From Sporocytophaga myxococcoides (lineage in GTDB: Bacteria > Bacteroidota > Bacteroidia > Cytophagales > Cytophagaceae), in NCBI RefSeq assembly GCF_000775915.1, contig NZ_BBLT01000002.1:716384-780383 (forward strand): a DNA stretch of 64,000 nucleotides, written 5' to 3'. Positions 19,866 to 29,800 of this stretch are shown piece by piece (position 1 is the stretch's first letter; each line of letters opens with the position of its first letter). The notes under the pieces were generated by a model, which worked only from the letters and a program-made list of their open reading frames with translations, made no database searches and had not been told where the DNA came from. A program made the position numbers and the translations under genes.

Positions 19866-21614
19866 TTAAACTTTAAACTTATTACTTACAACTTTCTCCC
19901 CCCATTCCATATCTCCCGGTAATTCTAAAGAATTAAACTCAAGATGAAGTACTCTCCGGTGTTTCTGATTTGTCACTTTCGAAGAAGCATGTAATAAAAG
20001 CGGTTTCATAAAATGTATTCCACCAGCTTTAACTTCGCAAGGTAGTGCCATACTGTTCTGAGTGATGGTTGCTATCTGATCATTATTGAGTTTCTTTTGA
20101 TGAGATCCAGGGATTATTTTTAATCCACCATTTCTTTCATCCGTGTCATCCAGATGGATTCTGATGGTCAGAGTGTTTTTGAGAATGTCTTCGGGTGGAC
20201 AAACGCTGATTACACTGCCTTTTTGAGTCCATCCTGTATAACCTACAGTTTCTGTTTTTTTATTGACATTAATCGTGATATCCTGATGCCAGGTAACATA
20301 CCAGTTGGATTCAGGAGGTTTATCAAAATAAATGGCTTTGGTTAAAAACAGATTGTCTCCTTTGCTGGCAAGTATTTTCTTTAAGTTTTTATTAAAGAGA
20401 AAAGATTTAAGCTCTGGAATTTCAATTAATAATTGTCTGATAGCATATACCTGTTTATCTCCTTTTGGAAGTGTTTTGTTAAAATACTCCTGAATAATAG
20501 TTTTAATTTTGTTGACTTCTTTTTTAGTATATACATTTTGCAAGATAGCGGAGCCTCTTCCTTCTGCTTTCTGCAAGGCCGTTTTTATGCCCGAGGAAGT
20601 AAGGTCCGCATCATACAAGTCCAACGCATGAGCCAGTCTTTCTCTGATTCTTCTTTTCAGAGTCTCAGGCTTGATCACTCTGACTGCATCTCCAAATCCA
20701 AGTATTTCTTTTTCCAGTTCGAAGTTAAGCTGGACTTTTAACGAGATTACTATACCATTGTCAGTGGTCTCAATGACTTGCTGTGAATGATGAAGGGGTT
20801 TGGTAATTACATAAGGAGCATTTGTCCGATCTACAAAAAGCATTACATTTTCGGGCTCACCATTAGGATTTACAGAAACACCGATTACGTCTTTGAAATA
20901 GTCCTTGATATCATCCTGTTTATATTTTATATAAGATACATTAGAAGGAGATAATCCTTCGATTCGGTCCAGAGCCAGATTTAACATAGGCTGTCCTCTT
21001 TTGGTGATGCCAAGTACAAACCATCTGTTACGGTATTCTTTTAATAAATAGGGATGAAAGGACAAGGTGTTTGCTGTTCTTGATTTGAAAGACTTGTATA
21101 CAATATTCAAAGGTGTTTCATTGATAATGGCCTGATACAAACTATCCAGATACTGAAGACCTTTGAGGTTTTCATTTTTTTCAAAATCAATGACTGAACT
21201 TTTATTGGTTTTGGAAGAATGTATTTTATCTTCCAGTCGCTGTACCATACCGCTCAGTTCCTGAAAATGACTAAAACCACTGAATTGCTTTAACAATTCT
21301 ACCACTTCAGTGAGCTTATTCAAATCCTGTCCGGTTAATGGGATATTGGTGATGGAATAATCTGGGTCTTCATAGGTATAATATTTTTTATCCAAAACGA
21401 TAATAGGAGCATTATAGCCCAGTTTATCGCTCCTCATCATCTGAATATCCATTTGGATGGACCTTTTGCTAATTCCCTTGTCAATTCCCTCGTATTCATA
21501 AAGTGCTTCAGAACAAGCTTCGATCAGGTCATCCAGTGTCCATTTTCTGTACCTATTCTGTAAGCAGTTGTCAATGGTCTTATAGCGTATCAGTGCGTTT
21601 CGGTTTACTGGCAT
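19866..21614 (-). CDS. WYL-domain transcriptional regulator fused to a phytanoyl-CoA dioxygenase (PhyH)-like Fe(II)/2OG oxygenase domain
   Basis: N-terminal MPVNRNALIRYKTIDNCL… is a wHTH typical of Bacteroidetes YafY/WYL regulators. The C-terminal ~250 aa carries …WHQD…HLDDTDERNGGLKIIPGSH…, a PhyH-like 2-His-1-carboxylate pattern. The start is taken at Met23; the ORF is open back to 21680. Confidence 0.6.
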   Translation of the reverse strand: MPVNRNALIRYKTIDNCLQNRYRKWTLDDLIEACSEALYEYEGIDKGISKRSIQMDIQMMRSDKLGYNAPIIVLDKKYYTYEDPDYSITNIPLTGQDLNKLTEVVELLKQFSGFSHFQELSGMVQRLEDKIHSSKTNKSSVIDFEKNENLKGLQYLDSLYQAIINETPLNIVYKSFKSRTANTLSFHPYLLKEYRNRWFVLGITKRGQPMLNLALDRIEGLSPSNVSYIKYKQDDIKDYFKDVIGVSVNPNGEPENVMLFVDRTNAPYVITKPLHHSQQVIETTDNGIVISLKVQLNFELEKEILGFGDAVRVIKPETLKRRIRERLAHALDLYDADLTSSGIKTALQKAEGRGSAILQNVYTKKEVNKIKTIIQEYFNKTLPKGDKQVYAIRQLLIEIPELKSFLFNKNLKKILASKGDNLFLTKAIYFDKPPESNWYVTWHQDITINVNKKTETVGYTGWTQKGSVISVCPPEDILKNTLTIRIHLDDTDERNGGLKIIPGSHQKKLNNDQIATITQNSMALPCEVKAGGIHFMKPLLLHASSKVTNQKHRRVLHLEFNSLELPGDMEWGEKVVSNKFKV

Positions 21615-21804
21615 TATATAAGTTGTAAGTAGTAAGTTATAAGTTTTAAGGAGATGTACTGTCTGTTCATAGTTTATCAACTCCTTCCAGCTCCCTCCTT
21701 ATGTTAAATTTAAAAAAAATATTTTACACCTGCGCAAAAATAATGCGTAGTGACTTTTCAATTTTGATTCAATAATTTAAATAACTGATATTTAAATCTT
21801 GAAA

Positions 21805-21830
21805 CCCTCTCCGCAAAATGGCGGAGGGGC
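21805..21830. promoter_or_regulatory. GC-rich hairpin in the AT-rich WYL/rtcB divergent intergenic region
   Basis: ccctctccgc-aaaatg-gcggaggggc, a 9-bp stem with one bulge. Confidence 0.3.
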
Positions 21831-21934
21831 TCTCGTAAGAGAAATTATACTAAAAGAATTTCTGTTTTAAATAATTGGTTATTAAATAGATGATCAGATT
21901 TTTTTAATAATTAAAGAGATGAGGGAATTTAATA

Positions 21935-23359
21935 ATGCAGAATAAAGGGAAAATAAACGGAAATCAGTTAATTGAAATTGGATATCCGGAAGGTAAGGTA
22001 ATTGGTATAGCTCTGGAGGTTATTCAAAAAGAGTACTCCTTAATGGAGCCGGACGAAGTGCTTGACATAATGAAAAATGTTTTGGCTTCTCCATCAGATT
22101 TTCTTAATGATTTAAAAACGTCTTTTATTGCTGAAGAATTGCTGAAACCGAATAAAAAGGATGAGATAATCGAACTTTTACCTTCTCCTCGTTTATATAA
22201 AATCTATGGAAAAGAAGGAATTGAAGCGGGAGCTATCAAACAGATGGACACAGCCATGAGACTTCCTGTTTCCATTGCAGGTGCTTTAATGCCTGATGCA
22301 CATCAGGGGTATGGACTACCAATAGGTGGAGTCCTTGCTACAAGAAATACAGTAATACCTTATGGTGTAGGTGTGGATATCGGATGTCGTATGTGTATGT
22401 CCATTTTTGATATACCCGCAGGTTATGTAGAAACAGGAAAAGGAGATCTGATGAAGATGCTTGTTAATAATACTATGTTCGGCAGAGCTACTTTTAAGAA
22501 GCCCAAAGATCATGAAATTATTTCAAATCCCCTTTTCTCTGAAATTGAAATTCTGAGAGGTCTCAAAGAAAGGGCATATGCTCAACTTGGATCATCAGGT
22601 GGTGGAAACCACTTTGTGGAATTTGGTATAGTTGAGGTGGTAGATTCTAATAATGAATGGAATATCGCTCCTGGAAAGTATTTATCACTCTTGTCGCACT
22701 CAGGCTCAAGAGGAATGGGAGCAACGATTGCAAATTATTATACAAAACTGGCAATGGAAACTTGCAAGTTGCCTCAGGAAGCTAAACACCTTGCCTGGCT
22801 TGATCTTGATACTGAAGCAGGGCAAGAGTACTGGCTTGCCATGAATCTTGCAGGAGATTATGCATCAGCCTGTCATCATCAGATCCATGAAAGAATGGCT
22901 ATTGGCTTAAGAACCAATCCTGTTGCTATGATTGAGAACCATCATAATTTTGCATGGAAAGAAAAGGATGAGAAAGGCAATGATGTAATCGTTCATAGAA
23001 AGGGAGCAACCCCTGCTGGCAAAGGTGTATTGGGTATTATTCCAGGTTCTATGACTGCTCCGGGTTATGTGGTAAGAGGTAAAGGTGATGAAGCATCTGT
23101 TAACTCTGCTTCCCATGGTGCGGGACGTGCAATGTCCAGAACGCAGGCTAAGAATACTCTTAAGCCGGAGACGGTAAAGCAGCAATTACAAAAGGCAGGC
23201 GTTGAATTGATTGGCTCTGGGTTGGACGAAGCACCGATGGCTTATAAAGACATCAGGACTGTTATGGAAGCTCAGAAAGATCTTGTTGAAGTTGTAGGAG
23301 TGTTCTTACCGAAAATCGTTAGAATGTGTGGAGATGAGAAGTTTCAGGAGGTTGATTAA
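21935..23359 (+). CDS. rtcB: RNA-splicing ligase RtcB
   Basis: 474 aa. GGGNHF, metal-binding His cluster and catalytic-His context (…HRKGATPA…) are present. Confidence 0.9.
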   Translation: MQNKGKINGNQLIEIGYPEGKVIGIALEVIQKEYSLMEPDEVLDIMKNVLASPSDFLNDLKTSFIAEELLKPNKKDEIIELLPSPRLYKIYGKEGIEAGAIKQMDTAMRLPVSIAGALMPDAHQGYGLPIGGVLATRNTVIPYGVGVDIGCRMCMSIFDIPAGYVETGKGDLMKMLVNNTMFGRATFKKPKDHEIISNPLFSEIEILRGLKERAYAQLGSSGGGNHFVEFGIVEVVDSNNEWNIAPGKYLSLLSHSGSRGMGATIANYYTKLAMETCKLPQEAKHLAWLDLDTEAGQEYWLAMNLAGDYASACHHQIHERMAIGLRTNPVAMIENHHNFAWKEKDEKGNDVIVHRKGATPAGKGVLGIIPGSMTAPGYVVRGKGDEASVNSASHGAGRAMSRTQAKNTLKPETVKQQLQKAGVELIGSGLDEAPMAYKDIRTVMEAQKDLVEVVGVFLPKIVRMCGDEKFQEVD

Positions 23360-23389
23360 AAAGATTTTGTTGGTCAAGGACTCCTATTA

Positions 23390-23428
23390 GAAAAAAAAGG
23401 ATCATGATAGTAATGATCCTTTTTTTAT
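23390..23428. terminator. bidirectional terminator between rtcB and the RT gene
   Basis: A8 run, then aggatcat-gatagta-atgatcct hairpin, then T7. Confidence 0.65.
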
Positions 23429-23446
23429 GTCTACATGACTTCAAGA

Positions 23447-24958
23447 TTACCAGAATTTCCACCAGGGTTTCTTCTTTATTGCTTCCGGATTGATTTTGCT
23501 ATCAGGAGCTTCCGGGACCTTTGGTTTATGTTTTATTACATGTTTGTAACGATGCGTTTCAAGTATTTTTTTTACCCTTTCTTCCAATGGTTTTCCTTTC
23601 TCCGGATTAACCATCTTTACAAAGTTGGCATATCCTTTTATTGAAGCAAGAAGGTTGGTGCTGTTGTTCCAGTGTTTTCCTTTTATTGTTCCTTCTTTTT
23701 CTATTTGATGCAACAGGGCTCTGAATTTATCCAATTCCTTTCTGCATAAACTTGGTTTATCATTTACTATAATTCCTGTTACTTCCTTTCTCGCTCCTTT
23801 CCGCAGCACACGAAGCTTATCAGGATTAATATAAAGCTTTTCATCTTTGATTATTTTTTTAACAAAACCTAAAAGAGTTGAAGTATTAGATGTTGCTATT
23901 CCTGAAGCAGAGAAAGTAAGATCGTCTGCATATCTTGTGTAATTGAAATGAAGTTTATAAGCAATACCTTTTAATCTCTTATCAAGTTTACGACAAATAA
24001 GATTAGTGATCGCAGGGCTTGTTGGAGCGCCTTGCGGGAGGAATCTTTCACTTCCTGCGGCATAGTATGTTTCTCCGTCCAGTTCCACCTGATCACAATC
24101 GGGTTCAGTACAGATCAATGCAAATATTGTTGAAATCTGTTCTGAATAACCCAATGCAATAAACAAACCTTTTACCCTTCGATAGTTGATAGAAGGGAAG
24201 AAATCTTTAAGATCTATATTCACAACTACCTCTGCTTTTACATGTGGTAAAGCATTGCTGACGATAGATCTTTTCTTTATAAAACCATGTGCAGATTCTG
24301 TTGCATCTATTTTATTAAGTATGTTTTCAAGTATCCAGTGCTGAGCTTTTTTAAGCCTTGGCATAGGAGTGGAGATAAGACGTTTGCCTCCTGTTTTTTT
24401 AGGTATGTAAAACCTTCTGTAATGATTGATTTTACTGATTGTTCTATTATAAGAAAGAAACTTTAGTTCACCGATCGTTATCTTCATGGCAGCGGATAAC
24501 TCTTCTGCTGTTTGAAATACAGGCAACTGGTATTTTAAAAGCTTGTTGCTATCGCTTACTTGATTATTCAGACCTTTAGAAACTTTCTCTCCAAGATAAA
24601 TGATATTTTTATCTTTAAGTTCTTTCCATCGTGCAGCTTTGGCTTCCCTTTTTTGCTTTCTGAGAATTTTGTTTTCTTCTCTTTTTTTTCTGGATTGCTC
24701 AAGCCTCGCTTTCCTTACCTGTTTAAGCGCTTCTTCTCTGTTTTGATAAATCCGCTGCTGCTGAAGTAATTTATTCAGTTCTTTGATAAGGTCAGCCTCT
24801 TTGTGGATCAGCATTTCCGGAATTTCCGAAACTCCTTCATCACTTTTCCAGAAGCCCAGACGCTTCATCTCTTCAAGTATGACAGCATTTCTGCCGCTTG
24901 CTTTGATGCGCTCGTACAACTGCTGTCTGGTTGGCTGAGAGTTTTCTGTGTTGACCAT
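23447..24958 (-). CDS. retron-type reverse transcriptase with ~150-aa Lys/Arg-rich coiled-coil N-terminal extension and ~90-aa C-terminal extension
   Basis: KRSIVSNALPH contains the retron NAxxH motif and DLKDFFPSI follows it. LPQGAPTSPAITNLI, YTRYADD (YADD catalytic motif) and RKEVTGIIV (retron VTG motif) are present. The start is taken at the Met at 24958, just downstream of the a2 repeat; the ORF is open back to 25021. Confidence 0.8.
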   Translation of the reverse strand: MVNTENSQPTRQQLYERIKASGRNAVILEEMKRLGFWKSDEGVSEIPEMLIHKEADLIKELNKLLQQQRIYQNREEALKQVRKARLEQSRKKREENKILRKQKREAKAARWKELKDKNIIYLGEKVSKGLNNQVSDSNKLLKYQLPVFQTAEELSAAMKITIGELKFLSYNRTISKINHYRRFYIPKKTGGKRLISTPMPRLKKAQHWILENILNKIDATESAHGFIKKRSIVSNALPHVKAEVVVNIDLKDFFPSINYRRVKGLFIALGYSEQISTIFALICTEPDCDQVELDGETYYAAGSERFLPQGAPTSPAITNLICRKLDKRLKGIAYKLHFNYTRYADDLTFSASGIATSNTSTLLGFVKKIIKDEKLYINPDKLRVLRKGARKEVTGIIVNDKPSLCRKELDKFRALLHQIEKEGTIKGKHWNNSTNLLASIKGYANFVKMVNPEKGKPLEERVKKILETHRYKHVIKHKPKVPEAPDSKINPEAIKKKPWWKFW

Positions 24959-24970
24959 AGAAGTATAAAA

Positions 24971-25197
24971 AATGGTAGTGTACAGGACATTCTTCGTCAT
25001 TCTGAGGACCGGATTGGTCAACTCCAGCGAGACGTCACTATATGCTTATTTCAATTCCTGGAATTCTTACCGGAAATGAGCATATAGTGGCAGGATCGCA
25101 CAGTTAAGAACGAGCCGGTGGCGCGTTAGTAAGCTGTGTACAAGGACTGTGATACACAGCCCGGGTTGCAAGATTTTAATACCCTGCCACTACCATT
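24971..25197 (-). ncRNA. putative retron msr/msd non-coding RNA
   Basis: 10-bp perfect inverted repeats aatggtagtg (24971-24980) and cactaccatt (25188-25197) bound the region in an a1/a2-like arrangement. Inside are a 17-bp bulged stem (25035-25051 / 25072-25089) and a 7-bp hairpin (25134-25159). It lies immediately 5' of the RT ATG on the same strand. Confidence 0.5.
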
Positions 25198-25198
25198 A

Positions 25199-25230
25199 CA
25201 AAGCTAAATTTTAAATTTATCTGTTACAAA
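25199..25230 (-). promoter_or_regulatory. Bacteroidetes sigma-A-type promoter for the msr/msd-RT transcript
   Basis: On the minus strand, TTTG at 25230-25227 is followed by a 20-nt spacer and TAGCTTTG at 25206-25199. This predicts a start about 7 nt downstream, at the a1 repeat. Confidence 0.45.
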
Positions 25231-25232
25231 CT

Positions 25233-26876
25233 TTAATACAAATTTTGTTTCTTTCTGAATGCAATTCTCAATGCAAGCATATGCTCACATGGTCCCTGCA
25301 TCAACTTATTTTGATGAAAGAAATTACAACTACACTTCCCGCTTACAATTCTTTCATCACTATCAATCACAAGTTCTGGGTTATACGTTTTGTTATCCTC
25401 TTTAACGGTTCCTGTCAACTTTTGCTTTCCTTCGGATACATCTGCTTTGAATTGGATGCTCCGGTTGTCAAAGAACCTATTGGCTTTTTCTTCTCTTGCA
25501 TTAGAAAATCTTAATGCTTCAAGGGGTAATGTTTCTCTTGAAATCTCTCTTATCCGATAACAATTATTGTTGAGATCATAAATAGCCTTTCCCTGTTGGG
25601 TAAACGCGGACAAAGCTCCAAGGACAAGCGATTTGTCCAGTTGTAGTCTTGAAGCCAGTACTTCCGGCTTTTCAACCCACTTTTCTTTTAGTCCGATAAA
25701 AACCTTTTGCATGGTCATGGCATCAGCTTCTGCTCTCGGAGCAAGAAGATCAAAGTTGCCCATGCGTGACCAGTCATTGGCAGTCCAGCCGGACAAGCCA
25801 AGTGTGAAATTCATTTCACCTAAATCTGCTATGTAAAAGGAGGGAAGCCCTGAACCTAAAAGAACTACTTTAATAGAATTTGTTACAGGTATTAATCTTT
25901 CTAAGAGTAATAATCTTCTTCTTCCCCATACTTTTATTTCTTTGGGTTCATTACCAGTGTAAATAGATCTGAGGCATTTGATCTCGTAGTTCCAGGGTTC
26001 AAAAATCATTCTTACAGGTTCCCCAGGCTTCAGAATATATCGGATGTATCTTGGTCCTTCTTTTTCTTTATGTCTTTTGAGTATAAAGCAGATGTTGTAA
26101 ACATCCATTGGATGCAATTCGAAAGATGTTGCCGGAATAGACATTGCAGAGCTCACCTGAAGAAATCCTCTTACCCAGCTTGCCGGTACATCAATCTTCA
26201 CTTCTTTATAGCTTTCTTCTGCAGTAGTCTGAACTTCAAATCCGGAAGGATCTATGTTGAAATGTGTATCTTTATATTCTCTTATCTTCTGAAATTCATT
26301 ATACAGACTGGAAGAATAATCAATATTGGTTGTACCGCACTTAAACTCACTTAAATTTTTAAATACATTGTAGTTACATCCAAGCTTGCCGTAAGAAGAT
26401 TCGTCCTGACTGAAACATTCAAAAAATAATTCATCAGGATGAACTGTTATGACGGGATCATAAACCCTCATCAATTCCGGGCTGGTCCGGTAGAGGTACT
26501 GGAAATATTTGTTTTGAGCTTTGTAGAAGGGCTCCATTACATTGTATTTTTCCCTTCTTACTTTTTCTAGCTCTACCCTTATGCCTTTAAGTTTTTGCTC
26601 TACGTCTTCTGCTCCTCCTAAATATTGTGCAAGCCAGATATCTTCCTGCTCTTTTGCCCATGTCTTATAGTCTGTTTTATCTTTAGGTTTAAAACGGAAA
26701 TCAGAAACTACTATGTCATGAAGTGCAGATATGGCTTCTCTGAACGGAATATGTTTGTTAAGATACCCGGAGAAGTAGGTTGGTTCTCGGTATATATCAG
26801 GTGCGAAATTCATGCTTGTAGAGCCTGATGTATTTTTAACCGTGGTATCTCCTTTAAATTTATAATTGAATTCCAT
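25233..26876 (-). CDS. SWIM zinc-finger domain protein
   Basis: C-terminal …CSCNFFHQNKLMQGPCEHMLAL is a CxC…CxH SWIM finger. 547 aa. Its start lies 3 nt from the stop of the WGR gene. Confidence 0.65.
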   Translation of the reverse strand: MEFNYKFKGDTTVKNTSGSTSMNFAPDIYREPTYFSGYLNKHIPFREAISALHDIVVSDFRFKPKDKTDYKTWAKEQEDIWLAQYLGGAEDVEQKLKGIRVELEKVRREKYNVMEPFYKAQNKYFQYLYRTSPELMRVYDPVITVHPDELFFECFSQDESSYGKLGCNYNVFKNLSEFKCGTTNIDYSSSLYNEFQKIREYKDTHFNIDPSGFEVQTTAEESYKEVKIDVPASWVRGFLQVSSAMSIPATSFELHPMDVYNICFILKRHKEKEGPRYIRYILKPGEPVRMIFEPWNYEIKCLRSIYTGNEPKEIKVWGRRRLLLLERLIPVTNSIKVVLLGSGLPSFYIADLGEMNFTLGLSGWTANDWSRMGNFDLLAPRAEADAMTMQKVFIGLKEKWVEKPEVLASRLQLDKSLVLGALSAFTQQGKAIYDLNNNCYRIREISRETLPLEALRFSNAREEKANRFFDNRSIQFKADVSEGKQKLTGTVKEDNKTYNPELVIDSDERIVSGKCSCNFFHQNKLMQGPCEHMLALRIAFRKKQNLY

Positions 26877-26879
26877 CCC

Positions 26880-29800
26880 TTATTTCTTTACATATTCAGA
26901 ATAATCAACTACTTTAACAAAGTTATGCAATGAAGGATATTTTTTCCGGATATCTCTGAGTATGTCAATACATCCGGCTTTTTCTGAAATAGCCATAGAC
27001 CCTGAAGCTCTATTCAGAATTTCTGATGCAGTTTGTGCAACGGTTTCATTTTTCATAGCTTCTTTTTTCAGAAAATCCAGTGCGCGCAATTTTGCTACTT
27101 TCCCTTTATTTACCTGAGAAAGTAAGGTGACAAAATATAGCTTCAGTTTTTCAATTACATCTGGTTTGTCTCCGGCGTATGTTTCAAGATATGATGAAGT
27201 AAATAGCTGCAATCTTGTATCCGGGTGCTGACTTAATTTTAATAAATATTCTTCTCCGTCTTCGATCTTAAAGGATTTGGTAATCATTTCCTTTCCAAAG
27301 TTTTGAACAGTTTCTCTTGTGCTGTCGCAAAGAGCAATAAGGTTTTCAGCAGACCAGTCTTCTTGTTTGAATGTATTTCTGAAATAATCAAAAGCAAAGT
27401 TTCTTGTGTCTTCCCAGTCAGAATCTACAATCCTTAATGCTTCTTCTTTATTTTCCTTTATCCTGAGATGGTTGTTATTGTAGTAGTTCCACGCATACTT
27501 TCTTATCTCTTCATTTGGATTACCCGAAATCTTCACAATTTCAGAGATTGATAATTCCTCTTCTCTGATTGTCATTTTTAGTAAAGCAGCACCAAGTAAC
27601 TGTGCAGATTTAAATTTTGAATGAAGGAGTAAAAGTCCCTGATTTTTATTGATGTATGACAAGCTGCCAGAAAGCTCCGTTATTAAGAGGTTAAGTAAAT
27701 CATGATGTACCCCTTCATAAGTTTCCTTCATCAGAAATGCGGGAACAAACAAGTCGATAAGCTCATTCCCGAATGCAGGGTATGCCTTCGTGAGATTTGC
27801 AATGATTGGTTTTACTGCATTTCGTACATCCGGAAGTGGTGATAAACAAAAGCTGATAAGGAGTTCTTTTTTTTCTATCAGAGAAGTTTCAGGAAATCTT
27901 CCTAACAGCTCGATACCTGCAGTTCTCGCTTTTTCATTTTCTGATTTTAAAAGAGCTTGAAGGAGTTCACTAGGAATAAGTTCAGGATTTAGTTTTTTGT
28001 GTACCAGTATAGAACCTGCAATGGCATGTACTTCCGGTGAAAAATGTTGAAGCAGATCTTTGATGATATCTGTTCCTATAAAATCAAGCTGGTTTCCGAA
28101 TATATCCAGCATTGTTTGACCTGTATGTGAAATAAAGAGCTTATCTTCTTCCGATCGAACTTCAGTCTGGATAATGGTAGCAAGTATTTTCCCAATGACT
28201 ATTTCAGCTTGTTGATCAGGAATGTTTGCTGAGATTAGTAGTGACCTTACTTTGGTTTGTATGAAAGAATTCCTAAGGAAAATCAATTCAGTAACGAATT
28301 CTGAATTACTTATGAATACTTGTTTCTGCTCTTCAATCCATTGCAAAGCCTGAATGCTGGCTTCTTCAAGAGGACTTTGAAGCATCCCGATTAGAAGTTG
28401 TGTGTCAGGATTAGCGGAATTATAAGCTTTCATAGCTTCTTCCAATCCAACCTTTCTTGTTATCTCAAAAGCAGCATTCAGAATATCTACAATATTTTCT
28501 GTTGTAAGCTGATTAGCGAATTCGGGGTTTGCTTTAAATACCTTTAATGCAAACTCATGTACCTGTAAAGATCTTGAGCACGATAAGAGCTTTATAACTT
28601 CATTTGCCGCGGTGTCCCAGAGTTCGGGAAAGGCCTCTTCTCTTTGTAATGGCGCTTCATTACCTGGAATATAAGGCTCTATACATTGCCATCCGCTTGG
28701 GCCCAAAGAGTATCTTGGACTGTTTTGAAAGAGTATGAAATTATATGCTTTGTATATAGCATTAGCTTCGAAATATGTTTTTGTCTCAATTACATCGTGC
28801 CTTTTGGTTTGCTTGTTATATACATAAGTATAGGTGGAGCGATGATAGGAAGGTTTGCTGTCTTTGCTATCATCAAAAGCCAATAATACTCCACAAGCCA
28901 TTTCCTTATACGATGAAGATTTAACTTCACCAAGCCTCTTAAGTGATCTGACTACTCTTGCAGAAAGATACCTTTTGGTTTTACTGCTAAAAGCTCCTTT
29001 ATCACTGTATGGACCTGGAGAATGTTTATCAATATTTTTTGTTATGATCCCAAAAGTTTCATAATCTTCCCACATCTCAGCCATTTTAAAGATATGTCTG
29101 ATATGTTTGAAATAATTGTAGGTAAGAGGAACATTATTGATTATACGTGATAATATTCTCTTTAATTCTCTATTATCATGAGATAAACGATAAAGGGAAG
29201 ACAGATACTCGTTGGATGTTGATTGGGTTTTAAAGAGTAATTCCTTTAATTGAATATGAAGCCCTGAATAATTTCCTACCAGCAATAATTTCTTTATATG
29301 TTCTGGAAGTGTTGCAAGAAGATACTCTCCGGCTGTTTTTCTCTCTGCAGGATCTGATATCCTGAATAAAGCTTCTGATATGATATCATTTACATGTTGA
29401 GGATAGTCATGATTCTGTTGCAATGACTTAAGAAAAGAGGCTGAGTTTGAATTACCGCATTTTCCGATTGTCCATATTGCAGAATAAACGGAAATGTTGT
29501 CAGAAAGGTCTGTCAATTTTTGAATTAAGGGAATTGCTTCATGTATATTGAGTTCGCCTGCTCTCCAGAATACTCTTGACAAAGGCCAGTTTTCGGGTTG
29601 ATCACCATCTACTGCATTCTTTAAAATTTTAAGAATGGCTTTCTTTCTGCGGTCATTGTCTTTTGCGCCTTGAACAGGCTTACTGACAATCCCCATTGGC
29701 TCACCTTCTGTGGAATATCCCTTGCTTCTTTTTTCCTTTTCCAGCGCATCAAAAACTTTATTTGCTTCCTGCAGGTCAACAGGAAAAATAGTTTTGGTAC

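Noticed and set aside
24959-25021. Longer RT ORF starting at 25021 (524 aa)
   Set aside because: The extra 21 codons run through the a2 inverted repeat and the structured region. The Met at 24958 just downstream of a2 is the more plausible start.
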